Source of the DNA: Octopus bimaculoides
Taxonomy: Eukaryota
DNA length: 64,000 nucleotides
Direction: 5' to 3'
Assembly: GCF_001194135.2 (NCBI RefSeq)
Contig: NC_068985.1
Location: 107,026,771-107,090,770, forward strand
The notes beneath the pieces are model-generated. The model was given only the letters and a program-made list of their open reading frames with translations, searched no databases and was not told where the DNA came from. Every line of letters begins with the position of its first letter. Positions within the stretch are counted from its first letter, which is position 1. Of the stretch, positions 52,301 to 64,000 are shown piece after piece. Made by a program: the position numbers and the translations under genes.

Positions 52301-52741
52301 GACTGGCACCAGTGCCAGTGGAGCGCTAACAGCACCATCTGAATGGAATCACTGCCAGAGCAGCGGTCTCGCTCCTGTGCCAGTGGCATGTAAGAAGCAC
52401 CATTTGAGCGTGATCGTTTCCAGCTTCGCCTTACTCGCACTTGTGCTGGTGGCATGTGAACAAAACATTGGCTGACTCCAGTGCAGGTGGCACATAAAAA
52501 ACACCATTTGAGCATGGCTGTTGCCAGTACCGCCGGACTGGCCCTCGTGCCAGTGCCATGTAAAAAGCACTCACTATACTCTCCGAGTGATTGGCGTTAG
52601 GAAGGGCATCCAACTGTAGAAACTCTGCCAGATCAGATTGGAGTCTGGTGTAGCCATCCGCTTCGCCAGTCCCCAGTCAAATCGTCCAACCTATGCTAGC
52701 ATGGAAAGTGGACGTTAAATGATGATAATGATGATGATGAT
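52301..52741 (+). mobile_element. GAT-tailed SINE/RTE-tail family, long copy
   Basis: Ends gctagcatggaaagtggacgttaaatgatgataatgatgatg. Confidence 0.85.
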
Positions 52742-52839
52742 AAATGTGGTATCCCTAAGTGCTCTAAGTATATTTTTGAAGTGCTTCTGTTCTTTCATTA
52801 TATTTTTTAGTGTAAATATGAATATTGTATGAGATTCTT

Positions 52840-53098
52840 AGTATTTTTTGCTTCTTGTGTATATGTATGGTATGTTGTTGAGTGTGATGGTTGGTTGTGT
52901 TTGATGTCCTCTAGTATTACTGGTAAGACACATGATGAGGGTGGATTTGGTAGGTAGTAATTTAGTCAGGTTGATTTTATAATTTTGAGCAGTTATCCAG
53001 CTGTTTCTGTGAAATTGTAATAGGATGTAACTGTGATGTTGTAAACAGATGAGACCATGTGTAAATTTTGTGGAGGTATTAGAAATTATGTTATAAAA

Positions 53099-53100
<2 letters not shown>
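52840..53100 (-). mobile_element. LINE RT C-terminal fragment
   Basis: KINL..PTKSTLIM..QPTITLNNIPYIYTRSKKY, similar to the N..KS...I.LN..I....KYLG thumb region. Confidence 0.45.
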
Positions 53101-53147
<47 letters not shown>

Positions 53148-53149
53148 AG

Positions 53150-53530
53150 TGAGCAGACGAAATTTGCAGTATTCTATTCAGCATGTTACAAATTTTAGAT
53201 GTGGTGTTATACACACCAAAGGGTTGGTGACCTGTGATGTAGTTTACCAGCTAACCATGTACTGTTCTTAAGGTGTTTGTATTTGCTTTACAAGTATGTA
53301 GTTAGCAAGCTTTAGTCGATACTAACGGTAGGTAGCTAGCTAGTTTCCTGTTTGTTTTTGTTGTTGAAGTTGTCACAGATTCTTTTCGTGAAGTGTGTTA
53401 TGCACCATGGTAGTATAAATCAAATTGGAGAAAGAATGTTTGCTTTGATTGATTTTTGCAAGTGTGCATATGAGGGTGGTTGATGGAGATCATGGAATTG
53501 ATATATTTCTGCCTGGCTGAGAATTTGGCA
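53150..53530 (-). mobile_element. Possible Penelope-like 3' fragment
   Basis: Remnants such as LANYIL and YNTTSKICNM resemble the PLE EN C-terminus. Heavily decayed. Confidence 0.35.
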
Positions 53531-53559
53531 GTGTTGGTATGACTAGCTGGAGACAATGG

Positions 53560-53750
53560 TCATCATCATCATCTAACCATCCGTTTTTTTTTATGCTGGC
53601 ATGGTTTAGATGGTCCAACAGGATCTAATAAATCAAAGGACCATGCCTTACTCCAATATCTACCTTGGCATGGTTTCTGCACCTTCATGCCCTTCTTAAT
53701 GTCGACCATTTCACAAAATGTACTGGGTACATTTTTCAGAGCACCAGCAC
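53560..53750 (-). mobile_element. GAT-tailed SINE fragment
   Basis: catcatcatcatctaaccatccg...atgctggcatgg...gcccttcttaatgtcgacc. Confidence 0.6.
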
Positions 53751-54678
53751 AAGTGACAAAAATAAATAAATAAATAAAATAAAATCCTTGACTGATTGAG
53801 ACTAGTTGCTGAGAGATTAATGCATGATTGAAGGGACAAAAATAGGTGTGTTGCTGAAGAGAAAATATATTGCTAATCTGCATTACATAAGGGTGAGTGG
53901 GAGTAATTGGAAGTGGAACTGGAAAGAAAGATAAAGATAATGGTGATAAGGTATTATAGCATACCCTCAAGGTACAAATGCTTAAGTCAAAAATATACTG
54001 GTGTTCTGACAGAGGGGAAAACAAAATTTTCTACATTGCCACACTGTATTCCACATGATAAACTATCTTGTTTGAGTACACAATATGGTCCTCTACTAGA
54101 CATGGACAAAGCATATCTGGAACAATGGACATGCTGATCACACATAGTCATTCAACAAGATAGCCTCTATATGATAGTAGTAGGCAAATACTACTACCAA
54201 ATAGAAGCCAAATACTAGCTGGCAATAGTAGCCAAATCTCCCTCAAATCTTAAAAAAAGGAAGGGCATGTAGGATAATGTAGATCTAGATGCTCCCATCA
54301 TCATTATCATCTTCCTTATTGCTTTTATGGTGGCTTTTCCAGGCTAGCATGGGTTTTTAGGCAGGGCTATAAGACCAGTTGCCCTTCTTGATGCAAAAAC
54401 TTTTAGTTTCTATTTATAGAATGTAAAGATATGGTGAGCCTATTCTAAATCCAGGATACACTCTTTGCCTGAAAAAGAATAGATGGGATGCTCACAACTG
54501 GAACACCTTTGATCACAAGTTTATCCAATTAGGCAGACCTAATACTAAATACTTTTAAGGAAAATCTGTTTAATGGGGACAGACTTGGAGCCAAACAACA
54601 AAAGCAATTACGTAATTATTATAACAAAATGTGAAAACAAGGTAAAATAGCAAATAAAGAAATTTTAACAATCCTTAC

Positions 54679-54735
54679 CTTTCTTCGTTCATCTAACAGT
54701 GAGAATAAGGCATTCACTTCAACTAAGTGAATTTT
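54679..54735 (-). CDS. STUB1: STUB1/CHIP internal exon (57 nt, end of helical dimerisation region): KIHLVEVNALFSLLDERRK
   Basis: Acceptor ttttacag| and donor |GTAAGG. 19 codons, phase 0 at both ends. Aligns to human CHIP DKYMADMDELFSQVDEKRK (also a 57-nt exon) and splices in frame to the U-box exon. Confidence 0.85.
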
Positions 54736-54930
54736 CTGTAAAAACAAAATAGATAAGAGAAATATAAGGAAATGAAAATATACATTATGTTGGATGTCTG
54801 TATGAGTGTGTAAATGTGTTGTGCATTTGCACACACAGACCCTAAATACTTATACACACAAACACATACACAAAACCGCATCATGTGCTGTTCCAGTTAA
54901 TTGAATAATTATTTATTTCAGTTATTATTA

Positions 54931-54964
<34 letters not shown>

Positions 54965-54967
<3 letters not shown>

Positions 54968-55560
54968 GGTGGTGAGCTGGTAGACTCATTAGTACATCAG
55001 ACAAAATGCTTAGCAGCACTTCTCTTTAAGTTCCAAGCTGAAATCTCACCACGGTCAACTTTGCCTTTCATCCCTTTGGAGTCAACAAAATAAAGTATCA
55101 GTCAAGGACTGGGATTAATGTTATCAACTAACCTGCCTTCCACCAAAATTAAAGGCCTTGTTCAAAAATTATTATTATTTTTAAGGCAATGAGCTGATAG
55201 GATTGTTAGCATGTCAACTCTGCCCCCATCACCCCTGGAGTTGATACAATAAAGTATCAGTCTGGTACTGGAGTTAATGGTATCATCTAATCTCTCTCCC
55301 TAAAACTGCTGGCCTCAAGCCAAAATTTGAAACAGTCATTATTATTATAAGCTCTGGGAGGCAGTGAGCTGGCAGAATCATTAGCATGCTGGACTGAATG
55401 CTTAGTGGTATTTCACCTGTCACCACATTCTGAATTCAAATTCCAGAGATTTAAAATTTGCCTTTCATCCTTTCAGTGAAACACTAGGGTTGATGCAATT
55501 GACTTAATCCTCTCCCCTAAGCTGCCCTTGTGGCAAAAATTTGAAATCATTATTATTATA
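54965..55560 (+). mobile_element. Three tandem ATT-tailed SINE copies
   Basis: gagctgg(c)ag heads at ~54975, ~55190 and ~55365, each followed by caaaa(a)ttt..attattatt. Confidence 0.8.
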
Positions 55561-56199
55561 AATTTTCCTTTAACCCCTAGAAATTGTATGCTCTCCTTAT
55601 CGGACTTTATGCAAACACAACTGATTTTATCAATGGAGGACCCACTCCTATCTTCATAAGTATGACTCACTATCCAGCCAATCATGGAGCCTCTTCACTT
55701 AGCTTGCTTTCTGCCAACCTTACCTGACCTCTGCCAAAGAGAGAAGTGACCCAACAATAGTATCCAAAACATACAAACGTAGGAATTCACACCCTAAACA
55801 AACCCACCAGTCAACTATAAACAAACTCACCTACTGCTACAATGAGCATTCAAAGCAATATGGCTCCACACTGAGAGCACACTTTGCAGCATTAAGAAGA
55901 GACATGGTGAAGGTGATATGAATAAGGGGAGGTTGGACTCACAGGCAAACATCTAAAAGAGCAGAAACACTGAATAAAATTCTGTACTGGAATGACATGA
56001 ACAAGTGACAAGAGCATCAAACATAAATCAACACAGCTAGTGCTCAACTGGACTTCATAGAGTATTTGTTCAACTTTGCTCTTAGTAACATGGGAAATCA
56101 GAGACAGCCATCATCATCATTATTATTGTTATAACATCTGCATTTCTGAATGAAATTTGTCGAGGCAGATTTTCCTCAGTCAGAGGCCATTCTTGTCAC

Positions 56200-56845
56200 C
56201 ATCATCACCCTCATTTAGCATCCATTGTCCATTCTGGCATGGGTTGGATGGTTTGACTGGGCTGGCACACTGGAAGGCTGCACCAGGATCCAGTCTGATT
56301 TTGGCATGGTTTTCTACAGCTGGATGCCCTTCCTAACACCAACCACTCACTCCGAGAGTGTAATGGGTGCTTTTATGTGCTACAGACATGGGTGCCATTT
56401 GCGTGACACTGGTATCTGCCTTGACTGCGATTTTGCTCGGCTTGATGGGTCTTCTTCTTAAGCATGACATAATGCCAAAAGTCTTGGTTATTGCCTCCAT
56501 GAGGCCCAACACTCGAAAGGAGCTCAGCCACCTTTCCTCCATGAGGCGCAACACTCTAAACGAAAACTCAGCCACCTTGCCTCCATGAGGCCTGCTTAAA
56601 AGGAACTCAGCCACCTCACCTCCATGAGGCCCAAACACTCGAAAGAAACTCAGCCACTTTGCCTCCATGTGGCCCAGGAACTCAGTCACTTTGCATCCAT
56701 GAGGCCCAATGCTTGAAAGGAACTCAGCCACCTTGCCTCCGTAAGGCTCGACATTCAAAAGAACTCAGCCACTTTGCCTCCATGTGGCCCAATGTTCGGA
56801 AGGAACTCAGTAACTTTGCCTCCTTGAAGCCTGACATTCAAGGTT
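56200..56845 (-). mobile_element. GAT-tailed family element with internal ~41-nt tandem repeat (about 9 units, 56493-56843)
   Basis: Unit cctccatgaggcccaacactcgaaaggaactcagccaccttg. Confidence 0.8.
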
Positions 56846-56989
56846 GATTTTTTTTTTTTTTTTACATGCCACAAATCTTCACTTATTTACAAGCAAGGTA
56901 ATATTTTCCTGTGACCAGACATGCTCTCATGGAAAATTGGAAATAAAAGTCATGACTTGTATGATAGTATCACATAATGTCAGGATGAG

Positions 56990-57260
56990 AAGGTACATGC
57001 ATACACATAATTACATGACTGATTCCCTTCTGTTTCCATCTACCAAATCCACTCACAAAGCTTTGATCAGCTCTGGACAATAGTAGAAGACTCTGGCCCT
57101 TTGAATTACAGATACTACTTTTTTTTGCCAGCTGAGTGGACAGGAGCAACATTAAATAAAGTATCTTGCTCAAGGACACAATGCATTGCCGGGAATTGAA
57201 CTCGTGACCTTACGATCGTAAGCCAAATACCATAACCACTAAGTCATGCACCTTCACTTA
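56990..57260 (-). mobile_element. tRNA-head SINE
   Basis: tttccatctaccaaatccactcacaaagctttg...cttgctcaaggacacaatgc..gggaattgaactc..taaccactaag. Confidence 0.75.
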
Positions 57261-58258
57261 CTGGTCAATTACTTCAGTTTAAAATTCCCTGAACTCTTCT
57301 GGAATTCCATCATATCAGTTAGTCATAAAGTAAAGGCACTTCATTTTCCTTAGAAATCTACATACCACCAGACTTTGCAAATGGGACTTGCCTGATAGTG
57401 AAGAAAATGCTTCTGCCTATCAAAGAAGCAAAAGTTTTCACAAATTGTGCTGAGAACAAGGAGGCTTGCATTCAAAAAAATTCCTTTGTTATGGATGGAT
57501 GAATATCACGAAATCACAAGGACAAAGTGTCAAAGTCACTGGAATCAATTTGAAATCACGTTATCTTCCCCTTCGGTAATTTTATGCTGCTTCTTTACTA
57601 GAGTAGAAAATTACATTTTTTTTTTCTATAACTCCTGACTGCAAAAAACTAAGAATACTGAATAATCCCCAAGTATCACAGCAGATACTGGAAAATGTTA
57701 CTGATTAGAAATATAATTGATTCGAAGTAAATATGTAAGATAGAACAGTTCATTTAATAAAAGAATGTTTTCCCAGAAAAAAAAAAGAAAAAAAAAAAAG
57801 GAATAAAACATTATTTTTGGCTCTGTATTTGTTTGTTTATATTTGCACATGTTTATAAAGCTCAACTTGAACGACCTTCTGAATTGCTTGCATGCAACAA
57901 TTCTGAATGAATCAACATTTCCATACTAAATAAAGAATTTTCAGCACCTTTTTAAAGCAATCTATCCAAAACATAATAAATTCATTTGATTGTATTTATT
58001 TTAGGTATTAATAAACCCTGGCAAAGCCAGGTGTTGCAGCTAAGTGCATGTATGCATACAAATGCATACATACAGGAACACAAATGCACATGCATAGTCA
58101 CACTCACATACACAAAACACAAACATTCACTTACAAAGCTAAGGCTTTGTAAACAGGTGGTGGTGGTGGTGGGGTGGGGGTGAATTATTCCAGTTTTATT
58201 AGTGGAACAGTCTCTCAAAAGCAGAAAGTGAAGCACAAAGTTGAACCTAGTGGAGGGG

Positions 58259-58289
<31 letters not shown>

Positions 58290-58440
58290 AACCTTGTAAT
58301 GCACTTAATTCAGTGTCCTTAACATATTTTCATACATCTCTGGGCATTCATTTTCCAACAAAAGTTGTGAGTGATATTAAAACATGAAAGACTTAAAATA
58401 AAACGAAAAGAAAATTAGTCACTCTTTATTAAGGCTGAAT

Positions 58441-58553
58441 CTAGATTAATTTTTTGTATATTTGGGATAATTTAAACAACCAATAACCAAGGAACCAAAT
58501 CTAGATTAAATTTTGTATATTTGGGATAATTTAAGCAACCAATAACCAAGGAA
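58441..58553. repeat. ~60-bp tandem duplication
   Basis: ctagattaa..ttgtatatttgggataattta.caaccaataaccaaggaa appears twice. Confidence 0.85.
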
Positions 58554-59699
58554 GAATATGGTGCATTAAACTCTCTTGATACCAATCTGTCCAGACCACC
58601 CCTCATTCTATGATACAAGTTCCTTCTTTTAAAGTGATCTAAATTAAAATCTTTCATTAAAATTTCATGTTAATTTGTATTCCAAACATCAGCTTAATAA
58701 GTTATTTTTACTAAATTTTTCATTATTTTAAAAATTAATTGAAACAAACACAGTGTATTTCAACAGAAATATGCCAACAAAAATAGCTAACACACTAATA
58801 TGGTTTTCAAAGAAACTTGTAACATAGCAGTTCCTCTCCTTAATCACCATACCCTCTTGAATACGTCACAAACTGCAGTTTTATATACTTCTTACAAAGT
58901 AAGCTAGTATTTTAATTAAAAAAAAAACATGCAATGTTACTAGAAGTTCAATCCTTTTAAATCTAAGTTATATAAGATTACATAACGCTAGAAATCTGAG
59001 ACTTAGCAAAGAGAGGCAATACAACATCAAGAAACCAAAATTATGCCCTCTATGTAGAATTTGCCTGTAACGAAACATCATCTAAACCAATGTCACAAAT
59101 TACAACAAAAAAAGAAAAGAAACACTAAACTAACAAGCAATTCACTTAAAAGCCACCTTAACCAACAAATTGTTTCCAACATTACTCCAAAATAAAAAGT
59201 ACAATAACAACAAAGGTGAGGACACAGCAATTTCATAGGAAAACCTAGAGGTGTAATTTTTGTTTAGCAGAGAAATTCCACATGATGTATCACTGAAGAC
59301 AACAACCTGAAACTGAAAGTTTCAGGTAATATCCAACAACAAATTTTTTTTTTTATATTGATAAATGAAAAACGTTCTGATTAGTTACAGACATACAACC
59401 ACAGTTGGTAGATGTGGAATACACTAGTACTGCTTTCATTCACAGATGTTTCAAATCCACCAAAGGTTCCAGATATTTACATGAATATGCACCTGGGTCT
59501 TTGCTTGCAAGCTTCCATGCACAAACACATACACACTCAGCTTCCTACACATTGTTGCTGCTACAGATTATATACCAACCTGCCTGGACCAAAGTAAAAC
59601 TGAACTTGGATTTGTAGAGAAACAATGTAGCTCCTTAATTCATCAGCCACAAATGGCTTATGAAAATTCTTCAAAGTAAAATATTTCAATTTTGTTTAT

Positions 59700-60250
59700 C
59701 ACACAACTACAATCATTTTTCTTTCTGTCTCCATAAACATCATGACCTCTACCTGTATTTCATCTCTCATTGAACATTCTTCAAGTTACATATTTCACTT
59801 TGTTTTAGTACATAATGACATCATTTTTCCTTCTCTCATCTTTCTGTTATAGACTATTTTCCACTGCATATTCTACAGAACTCTTGAATTGTCTCTCTCT
59901 CCTATATTCCTAAACATTTTTCCTCTTTCCCACCCACCTTTCTTTATTAAAGCTCTATAAGTTTGTTACAAACCTCCTTTCCATCTTTCACTGCACATTC
60001 TCCAATCTCTTGAATTATCTGTCTCCTATTTTCATTAACACTCTTTCTCTCTTACATCTCTTTATAACACTCTATAAATCTGATACAAACTTATATTTTC
60101 CACTGCATATCTATGGTCTTTTGACTTACCTCTGTCTCCTACATTCGACAACACTTTCACTTTCTCTTTTACCTCTCTTATATAATGTTCTATTTTTGTA
60201 AACACTCTCGCACTTTCTCTCTTACCATTTTTTAACAACGTTCTTGGAAA
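59700..60250. repeat. Pyrimidine-rich degenerate ~120-bp tandem repeat
   Basis: ttccactgcatat..ctcttgaatt..tctgtctcc recurs near 59860, 59990 and 60100. Confidence 0.55.
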
Positions 60251-60299
60251 TAGTTTCTTCTCATCTTTGCAAATGTTACACTTATTAAAATCTTTCAGC

Positions 60300-62770
60300 T
60301 ACTAATATCTCACCATTTTACAGTATGAAAAATCAACAGATGAACACCAGCATCTGCAAATCTGTACTGAGCCAGATTGAAGCTAACAAAATGCAAAAGT
60401 TGCATTGAAATTGGCAAATCAAAGAATGTCATCTCTTTCTTCAAGCGTGGAACATAACTGATGGATTTCATATGCCCCTATGCCATGACAGGAGTTCATA
60501 TGCCCCTATGCTCCTGACAAGCTACATCTTAACCTCCTAGACAGCATTATGAAAGAAACAGACAAAGTAGTCAATGACGCCCCCACATGTCATGAAAGCC
60601 AGGAAGGTCAAACAGACGACATCAAAAAACCCATCACAAATGTTACCTGTCCTAAAAACAATACTGAAAGCAGCAATGGCTCTAATGATAGCAGTCAAAA
60701 AAGAACTGTAGTGAACAAGAGACAGGGAAATGGGCGATGCAGCCAGAAAAAGGGATGTCCTCAAGCTCAAAAATAAAGCAAAAACAAAAACACCAATAGG
60801 TAAAACAAACAAAAGGACAGAAACTGACAGAACCAGGATTGTCTGTAAATTCTATTTAAATGACACCTGCTGGCATGAAGAAAAAGAAACAAATTGCAGA
60901 TTTGCCCATCCCAAGCTTTATCAGAACAAGCAGGGCAAACACCCAAAACAAATCCAGCAAGAACACAGAAGAGGGGAATCATCGAACATGGACCAGCTGG
61001 CTAGTAGTAAACCAACAGGGAAAAACAGGTCTCATAAGAATAAGAAAAGGGATTGACACATACCCTCAGCACCCCTCAAAAAGCAATATGCAGAGACTGT
61101 ATGAACTGCAGTTATCAAGCAGCAGGCTGTTTTGAACATGTCCCAGAAGATAGTGCAACAACTGACATGAATGCAAAAGATGCAAAGTAAAAGCCATGCA
61201 TTTCAATACACAAGACTGCCACAGGTGATGGACCCAGGATGGCCAACACTAACACTAGTAACACCTACCCAGATGTTACATCCATATTCCTACTAAACAT
61301 TAGAAGTCTACTACAACTCAGTAACAGAGGTAAAGTTTTCAATCTGGAAGAGCTTGCTGCACGCAATCAAGCAATATGCATGGTGCTTACAGAAACACAA
61401 CTAACTTCTAATATAATAGATGTAGAAATATATGTACCAGGGTATGCAGTATTTTGTACTGACAGAAGAGAAAGAAGCTATGAAGGAGTTGCTATGTACA
61501 TCTGCAAAGATGTCACACCCCTTATATTGCTGTCCTACTCAAACTAAGTTTGTGACAACTTAATAATACATATAAAGCAAATTGATGTAGCTGTATGCAC
61601 AACATATCGTCCACCAAATACTTCAAAATATGATGGTAAATTTGAGGATAGCCTCAGACACATAGAAGAGGTATTGACAAACCTGGACCAACACATCAAT
61701 ATACTTCTCCTGGGTGACATCAACGTTCCAAATGTTAAGTGGCCTGAAAGCCACACCCTTTCTAGAATGTCACTGCATGAAAAACAAGCATATAAAATCT
61801 TTACTTGAACTTTTTAATATGCTGATCATGCAACAAATGATAATCCAGCCAACCAGGAGTAACAAGATCTTGGATCTCTGCTTCACAAATAATGTGAAAC
61901 TTATCCATAATGTGAAGGTGACGCCAACAGCACTCTCAGACCACAACATTGCTGAACTAATAATGTATGGTCCTAGGCAAACTGCTGGCATCTACCCTAT
62001 CAGAAAAACTCAAGTCATATCCCCCAACTTCAATTTCAATAAAGCAGAAAGGAAATCAATTCATATAGACCACACCTATTCTCACTTCAGACACTTCTCC
62101 AGGGTTTCTTTGCAAGTGGTGAACTTCCCAAAAAGCTAAAAGAATACATTATATGCTCTATTCACAAAGGTGGGAGCAGAGAAGAGGCTAAGAATTACAA
62201 GTCAATCTCTTTTCTTTACATGTCAGTAAAATCATGGAATGAATCTTCAGAAAGAAACTGATAATGTTCCTAGAAGAAAATGAATTGCTGAACAATACAC
62301 AGCATGGTTTCTTGTCTAGGAAGAAGCTGCTCCACACAGCTCTTACAGTACTGTGACTGGGTTTGGAAACAACTGCTTGACTATTCAGATGTCAATGTGA
62401 TATATTTTGACTTTGCAAAGACCTTTGACAAGGTAGATCATGGCATGATATGTAACAAGAAACTGGGAGAGTGGCTGCATGACTTTTAAAAGAAGTCAAG
62501 CAGTTGTAGCCAATTGTGCCCTCTCTGAGGAAACACAAATTCTAAGTGGCATTCCCCAGGGAACTGTCTTGGGACCATTACTGCTTATAGCAGCTCACTT
62601 CAACATGCCCATAGTCACTCAAAACAGCAACAAACTAAAAATTGCAATGCCAATGATACAAAATTATCACAGGCAACAAATAATCCAGACAACGCTGCAA
62701 GCTTACAGCAGGACTTGAATTCAATATACAAGTGGGCAGATGTAAGTGACATGCAATTTGTGCTACACAC
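60300..62770 (+). mobile_element. CR1-group LINE (ORF1 with CCCH finger; ORF2 APE endonuclease plus internally deleted RT), pseudogenised
   Basis: ORF1 CKFYLNDTCWHEEKETNCRFAH. APE: LLNIRSL, LTETQL, YRPP, LLGDIN, ILDLCFTN, SDHN. RT: HGFLSRRSCSTQLL, YFDFAKTFDKVDH, SGIPQGTVLGPLL. Confidence 0.9.
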
Positions 62771-63872
62771 CTAAAATCAATGGGAGACGCTTTTGTAGTA
62801 AAAAAGAAGAAAGTTTGAAAATTTATGAAATTTTTCAATACCCCTCCCTCACTCAGTACCGATTATAGGAATTTTTGTTTTTTTGCACTTCACACTTAAA
62901 AATGACGAGAGAAGCCTTGAAGGTTTAAAAAAGAAAAAAAATTGGAAATCAGTAGTCACCATTACAATCCCTACTTCCTTTATTTTTAAACAGAAAATGA
63001 AACATAATTTAAAAACAAAAGTGAATTTTTTAAAAATTTCTTCATTAACAACCCCCACCCCCATAAACCCTAAAATTTCAGCTACAAACAGTCCGAATCT
63101 GCAATTTGTTTCTGTTTATAATTTTCAGACAGAAAGGTGTGCAATTTAAGGGAGATTTAGCTGTTGTTTCTAGCACATCCCACAACCACAAAAAGTTTAC
63201 CATGAGAAAAATCGATGTACTTTTTCTCACTGAATCCAAGTTTGTGATTCAGTTATTCAAAATAATTTTAGAAAAATGTTACAGTAGTTTAAGGTTTGAT
63301 CATTTTTACCCAATCAGAAAACAGGATTTCTGTGTAATAGCTGTCATTAAATGAAAGCAAACATTAAAAAGTTTTAAACAAGTTGAGAGCTATGTGTTAG
63401 AGATAATACATACAGAGAGAGAGAGTGACAAAGAGTGTGATAAATAATAGAAATAGATAGATTCATGGTGACAGTGAGAGAGTAGGAGAGTTGTCAATCT
63501 AAAAGTTGAGTTGTTTCTCAGAGCAAATTACATTTTTTTAACTACAATTTATGGATGACCTTTTCATTGGGACGCAAATTTCAAAAATTAAATTCGTTTT
63601 TGTTGAGGACACACCATTCCAGAGCCTTTTGGGACTAAGCACACATACATAACCACATACACTTGTATGTATATATGTATATATATATATATATATTTGT
63701 TTTGCAAGATTTTTTATGTGAAATCGTGTGTTGAAACAGATGTTGTTGTACTTGGGGATGGTCATATTGCCAGTTTAGCCAATAAAAACACACGCACTGT
63801 ATATTTGGTGTTAATTTTTTTTTTTTTTTTTTCAGCTTTATATTACATTAATCTTAATCTTAATCTTATTTC

Positions 63873-63916
63873 GGCCAGAGTTCTTTCGTCACACTTCTGT
63901 GACCTCATCAGTGGTC
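63873..63916 (-). ncRNA. Minimal type I hammerhead-like motif
   Basis: GACCA-CUGAUGA-G-GUCACA-GAAG-UGUGAC-GAAA-GAAC-UC^UGGCC. Intact CUGAUGA/GAAA/UH core, 6-bp stem II, short stem I (4 of 5 pairs), imperfect stem III palindrome AGAACU. Confidence 0.7.
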
Positions 63917-64000
63917 CTTTGTTTCCTTCTTTCTTATGTGTGTCTCACCTTGCTAACTATCAGCCATTTTGTATTTTGTATTCCTATTGTATGTGTCTAC

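Noticed and set aside
56493-56843. CRISPR-like appearance of the ~41-nt repeats
   Set aside because: Units are contiguous without unique spacers, the context is eukaryotic, and there are no cas genes.
58200-58290. Strong minus-strand polypyrimidine/AG as the missing STUB1 exon
   Set aside because: No frame resembles CHIP and no suitable donor was found.

Overview
AT-rich, repeat-dense eukaryotic genomic scaffold with six N-gaps. The SINE, LINE and microsatellite content resembles a coleoid cephalopod, probably Octopus (inference). The only host gene I can support is STUB1/CHIP (U-box E3 ligase) on the minus strand: three phase-0 exons of 57, 117 and 126 nt (54679-54735, 45965-46081, 36469-36594) separated by ~8.6 and ~9.4 kb repeat-filled introns. 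Its earlier exons were not found. The rest is decayed mobile DNA: R4/Dong-type RLE LINEs, a CR1-group APE LINE, RTE fragments, Penelope-like (GIY-YIG) fragments, several SINE families, hAT- and piggyBac-like MITEs, and mini/microsatellites. Almost all long ORFs in the track are artefacts of repeats or Ns. The most interesting signal is a set of type I hammerhead ribozyme motifs. One is structurally complete (18217-18289) and sits in a 481-bp partially tandem-duplicated, retrozyme-like unit. Two variant motifs lie on the STUB1 sense strand (38570-38605, 63873-63916), and one is heavily decayed and follows a Penelope-like 3' end (~340-376). Repeat boundaries are approximate, read by eye.
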